Below the pieces are notes generated by a model, which did no database searches, was not told where the DNA came from, and saw only the letters and a program-made list of their open reading frames with translations. Made by a program: the position numbers and the translations under genes. This document shows, piece after piece, positions 14,841 to 17,663 of a DNA stretch of 17,663 nucleotides (the first letter of the stretch is position 1; every line of letters begins with the position of its first letter). The DNA lies in NCBI GenBank assembly GCA_002729175.1, contig PBTS01000012.1, positions 14,526 to 32,188 on the forward strand, in the 5' to 3' direction. This DNA comes from Fidelibacterota bacterium (lineage in GTDB: Bacteria > Fidelibacterota > Marinisomatia > Marinisomatales > S15-B10).

Positions 14841-17427
14841 GGTCTTTCTTGATCTGAGCCAGTTTGGCCAGCGCTTCCATGGGTGTCATCTGATCGGTGT
14901 TCAGTTCGGTGAGTGCTTTTCGAAGCTGGGACTCCTGAATATTAAAAAGATCCATCTGGTCAGTAGGATCAGGACTCACATCACTCTTTTGGAGTGGTTC
15001 ATGGAGAATAAGCTGTTTCAGAATCTCCGATGCCCGGGAAATGACTTCAGTCGGCAGACCTGCCATCTGAGCCACATGGATACCATAACTTTTGTCGCAA
15101 GACCCCGGCTTGATCTTCCTCAGAAATATGATCTTGTCGCCGGACTCTTTCACCGCAACGTTAAAGTTTGAGACCCGGCCCAACTGATCGGCCAGTTCCG
15201 TCAATTCATGGTAGTGGGTGGCAAATACGGTCCTGGCTTGTGATTTCGGTGTGTTGTGAAGATGTTCTGTTATTGCCCACGCCAGGGAGAGGCCGTCGAA
15301 AGTGGCTGTACCGCGGCCGATCTCATCAAAGAGTACCAGGCTTCGATCCGTAGCGTTATTAATAATATTGGCCGCCTCAGTCATTTCCACCATAAAAGTA
15401 GACTCGCCGCCGGCCAGATTATCGCTGGCGCCGACGCGAGTAAAGAGCCTGTCCACCATACCGATATTCGCCTCTCGGGCAGGAACATAACTTCCCATCT
15501 GTGCCATGAGGACGATGAGTCCTATCTGCCGAAGATAGGTAGATTTTCCGGCCATATTGGGTCCTGTAATGAGGTGGATCTGACTCTCCTCCGCGGATAT
15601 GGTAAGGTCGTTGGCCACAAACTTTTCACCAGCGGATAAGAGTGTTTCCACCACCGGGTGACGGGAGTCAATGAGTTTCAGCACCGTATCCCCGGTAAGA
15701 TGCGGACGAACATAATTTTTTAGTTTCGCCACTTCCGCCAAGGTCGAGCTGACATCAATCTCATTCATCAGTTCACCATTCTGCTGGATGGCTGATGCGT
15801 GCCCCAAAACCCATTGGCGGAGTTCATTGAACAATTTTGCTTCAATCTCCAGAATTTTTTCTTCGGCACCCAAAATCTTCTCTTCATACTCCTTCAGTTC
15901 GGGAGTAATGAACCTCTCTGCATTCACAAGGGTCTGCTTCCGGATATAGGTTTCGGGCACTTTGTCTTGGTGTGTTTTGGTCACTTCCAGGAAGTAACCG
16001 AACACCTTATTATATCCCACCTTCAGGGACTTGATGCCTGTCTTTTCCCGTTCCTTTAACTGCATTGAGGCTATCCACTCTTTCCCTCCTCTGGCAATCT
16101 TTCTCAACTCATCCAGTTCATCATCAACGCTATCAGCGATATAATCCCCTTTGGCCATATTGGCTGGCGGTGAATCCACCAGGATCGAATTAATCTTCTC
16201 AGATACCTCGGTAACGTCAGTAAACCGGTCAGCCAGTTTGGAGAGAGCGTCAGATTTGGACCCTTTCATCTCCCTTTGGAAATCAGGAATGAGGTTGAGT
16301 GTTTGCTTCAGACCGTTCATGTCCCTGGGGGTCCCAACGCCGCGGCTCAGTTTGCCGAGGATCCGTTCCAAATCACCGGCCGTGGCGAGGTGGCGGCGAA
16401 AATCTGAGCGTAATTTTTCCTCGGTGAAAAATCCGTCTACCAGGTCAAGTCTATTTTCAATTTCCTCCTGATCGGTAATAGGTCTTGCCATCCTGCTTCT
16501 GAGCATGCGTGCACCGCCTGCAGTAACGGTTTCATCCAGTACAGAAAGGAGGGTACCGTGAGTCCCCTGGGTAGCCAGAGAGGTGAACAGCTCCAGGTTC
16601 CGGACAGTGAAATTGTCCAGCCCCATTTCATTTTCTGGCCTGAGGGGAACAAGACGTGTAATGTGTCCAGCGGCGGACTGGATATTTTGGGTCACGTATC
16701 GGAGAATAACACCAGCAGCTGTAACTCCGGCTGGCATTTCTTCACAGCCAAACCCCTTTAACGAAGCGACCTTGAAATGTTCAAGAAGGGCTGTTCGGGA
16801 AAGGTCATGGTCGAACGTCCATTGATCCATTTCCGTTACAAAAGGATTCACTTTCGCCACCCAGTCTGACTTCGAAACTTCTTCTCCTTCTACCACAATA
16901 ATTTCACTGGGAGCAAATTTGAGAAAAAGATCCCGGACTGTATCGCCGCTCCCTTCCGCCAAAAAGAACTCACCTGTTGAGAGATCGAGGAGTGAGAGCC
17001 CCATGGTACTATCTGATCTGCAGACGGCAGAAAGAAAATTATTCTTGGTGTGCCCTTCATCGTCTGGTGACGCCGTGCCAGGCGTCACCACCTCTACCAC
17101 TTCCCGCTTCACAATCCCTTTGGCCAGTTTTGGGTCTTCCACCTGCTCGCAGATGGCGATGCGCTTACCCGCCGCCACCAGTTTTGGCAGATAGGTATCC
17201 AGGGCATGGTGAGGAAATCCGGCCAGGGGTACTTGAGCCGCAGCACCATTAGCCCTTTTGGTGAGAGTGATGCCAAGAATCTTTGAAACATCCTTGGCGT
17301 CGTCATCGAATGTTTCAAAAAAGTCGCCCATGCGGAAGAGAACAAGACTTTCCTTATGCTGGTTCTTCACGGCGTAGTACTGTTTCATGAGGGGTGTCAT
17401 ACTGCTTTCTTTGTTCGCTTTCGTCAT
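14830..17427 (-). CDS. mutS: DNA mismatch repair protein MutS (MutS1)
   Basis: TPLMKQY, FRMGDFFETF (Phe-X-Glu), TPGT, GPNMAGKSTYLRQ, STFMVEM, DEIGRGT, FATHYHEL, SYGIHVA and a C-terminal clamp-binding-like QMDLF. Confidence 0.98.
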   Translation of the reverse strand: MTKANKESSMTPLMKQYYAVKNQHKESLVLFRMGDFFETFDDDAKDVSKILGITLTKRANGAAAQVPLAGFPHHALDTYLPKLVAAGKRIAICEQVEDPKLAKGIVKREVVEVVTPGTASPDDEGHTKNNFLSAVCRSDSTMGLSLLDLSTGEFFLAEGSGDTVRDLFLKFAPSEIIVVEGEEVSKSDWVAKVNPFVTEMDQWTFDHDLSRTALLEHFKVASLKGFGCEEMPAGVTAAGVILRYVTQNIQSAAGHITRLVPLRPENEMGLDNFTVRNLELFTSLATQGTHGTLLSVLDETVTAGGARMLRSRMARPITDQEEIENRLDLVDGFFTEEKLRSDFRRHLATAGDLERILGKLSRGVGTPRDMNGLKQTLNLIPDFQREMKGSKSDALSKLADRFTDVTEVSEKINSILVDSPPANMAKGDYIADSVDDELDELRKIARGGKEWIASMQLKEREKTGIKSLKVGYNKVFGYFLEVTKTHQDKVPETYIRKQTLVNAERFITPELKEYEEKILGAEEKILEIEAKLFNELRQWVLGHASAIQQNGELMNEIDVSSTLAEVAKLKNYVRPHLTGDTVLKLIDSRHPVVETLLSAGEKFVANDLTISAEESQIHLITGPNMAGKSTYLRQIGLIVLMAQMGSYVPAREANIGMVDRLFTRVGASDNLAGGESTFMVEMTEAANIINNATDRSLVLFDEIGRGTATFDGLSLAWAITEHLHNTPKSQARTVFATHYHELTELADQLGRVSNFNVAVKESGDKIIFLRKIKPGSCDKSYGIHVAQMAGLPTEVISRASEILKQLILHEPLQKSDVSPDPTDQMDLFNIQESQLRKALTELNTDQMTPMEALAKLAQIKKDHDL

Positions 17428-17663
17428 GAGAGAAAAACTCGCCTGTCGCCGTCCCGGTCGGTGAACCTCAGACTGTCCAGATATTCCAGCAGCGGGATGG
17501 CATGTTTCCTGGATGTGTTGGTCAGCTTTTTGAACTGGCCCACGCTAAAGCCGCCGGAATCACCGAAACTGCTTTTCAAGGCGTCCTGCAGTTTATTCAT
17601 CACTTCATTGTGATACCACAGTTTGCTAGAAACCTGACACGTCTCTCCTCTGTCCTTTAAGAT
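17424..17663 (-). CDS. selB: Selenocysteine-specific translation elongation factor SelB, C-terminal winged-helix region (5' part outside the window)
   Basis: Manual translation: ILKDRGETCQVSSKLWYHNEVMNKLQDALKSSFGDSGGFSVGQFKKLTNTSRKHAIPLLEYLDSLRFTDRDGDRRVFLS*. SRKxAIPLLEYLD...T.R.GD.R is the SECIS-binding WH4 signature. The stop overlaps the mutS ATG (ATGA). Confidence 0.9.
   Translation of the reverse strand: MLKDRGETCQVSSKLWYHNEVMNKLQDALKSSFGDSGGFSVGQFKKLTNTSRKHAIPLLEYLDSLRFTDRDGDRRVFLS

Noticed and set aside
385..17426. Selenocysteine read-through of TGA stops, given selB (11 of the 20 visible stops are TGA)
   Set aside because: Each protein is already complete at its TGA, most of these stops are part of start/stop overlaps, and read-through would add only short tails before the next stop. 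I saw no convincing SECIS-like hairpin.
1..17663. CRISPR arrays, tRNA/rRNA genes, IS elements, prophage or defence genes
   Set aside because: There is no non-coding space for them beyond 105 bp, I saw no repeat-spacer periodicity, and no ORF resembles a transposase, integrase or defence protein.

Overview
A gene-dense bacterial housekeeping region with 21 protein-coding genes, all on the minus strand and almost all abutting or overlapping. Transcription order (high to low coordinate): selB (3' end only), mutS, PorV/PorQ-like outer-membrane protein, a 105-bp gap, yicC, gmk, rpoZ, family-4 uracil-DNA glycosylase, dnaB, rel, HU/IHF, ruvX, lnt, DUF5683-like exported protein, orphan ecfT, truA, htrA-like protease, psd, pssA, DUF4321-like membrane protein, tatA, gatA (5' part only). 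selB and gatA are missing from the supplied ORF track because they run off the window edges; I translated them by hand. The long acidic omega subunit, the PorV-like barrel and Lnt suggest a diderm of the FCB group, possibly Marinimicrobia-like (inference, not tested). I saw no RNA gene, mobile element, CRISPR array or defence island, and I cannot support a novel multi-gene system. The best leads are modest: an EcfT with a degenerate first coupling motif and no ECF partners nearby, selB coupled to mutS and an outer-membrane barrel gene, a GatA with a short N-terminus, and a DnaA-box-like site plus a 12-bp palindrome in the only sizeable intergenic gap.
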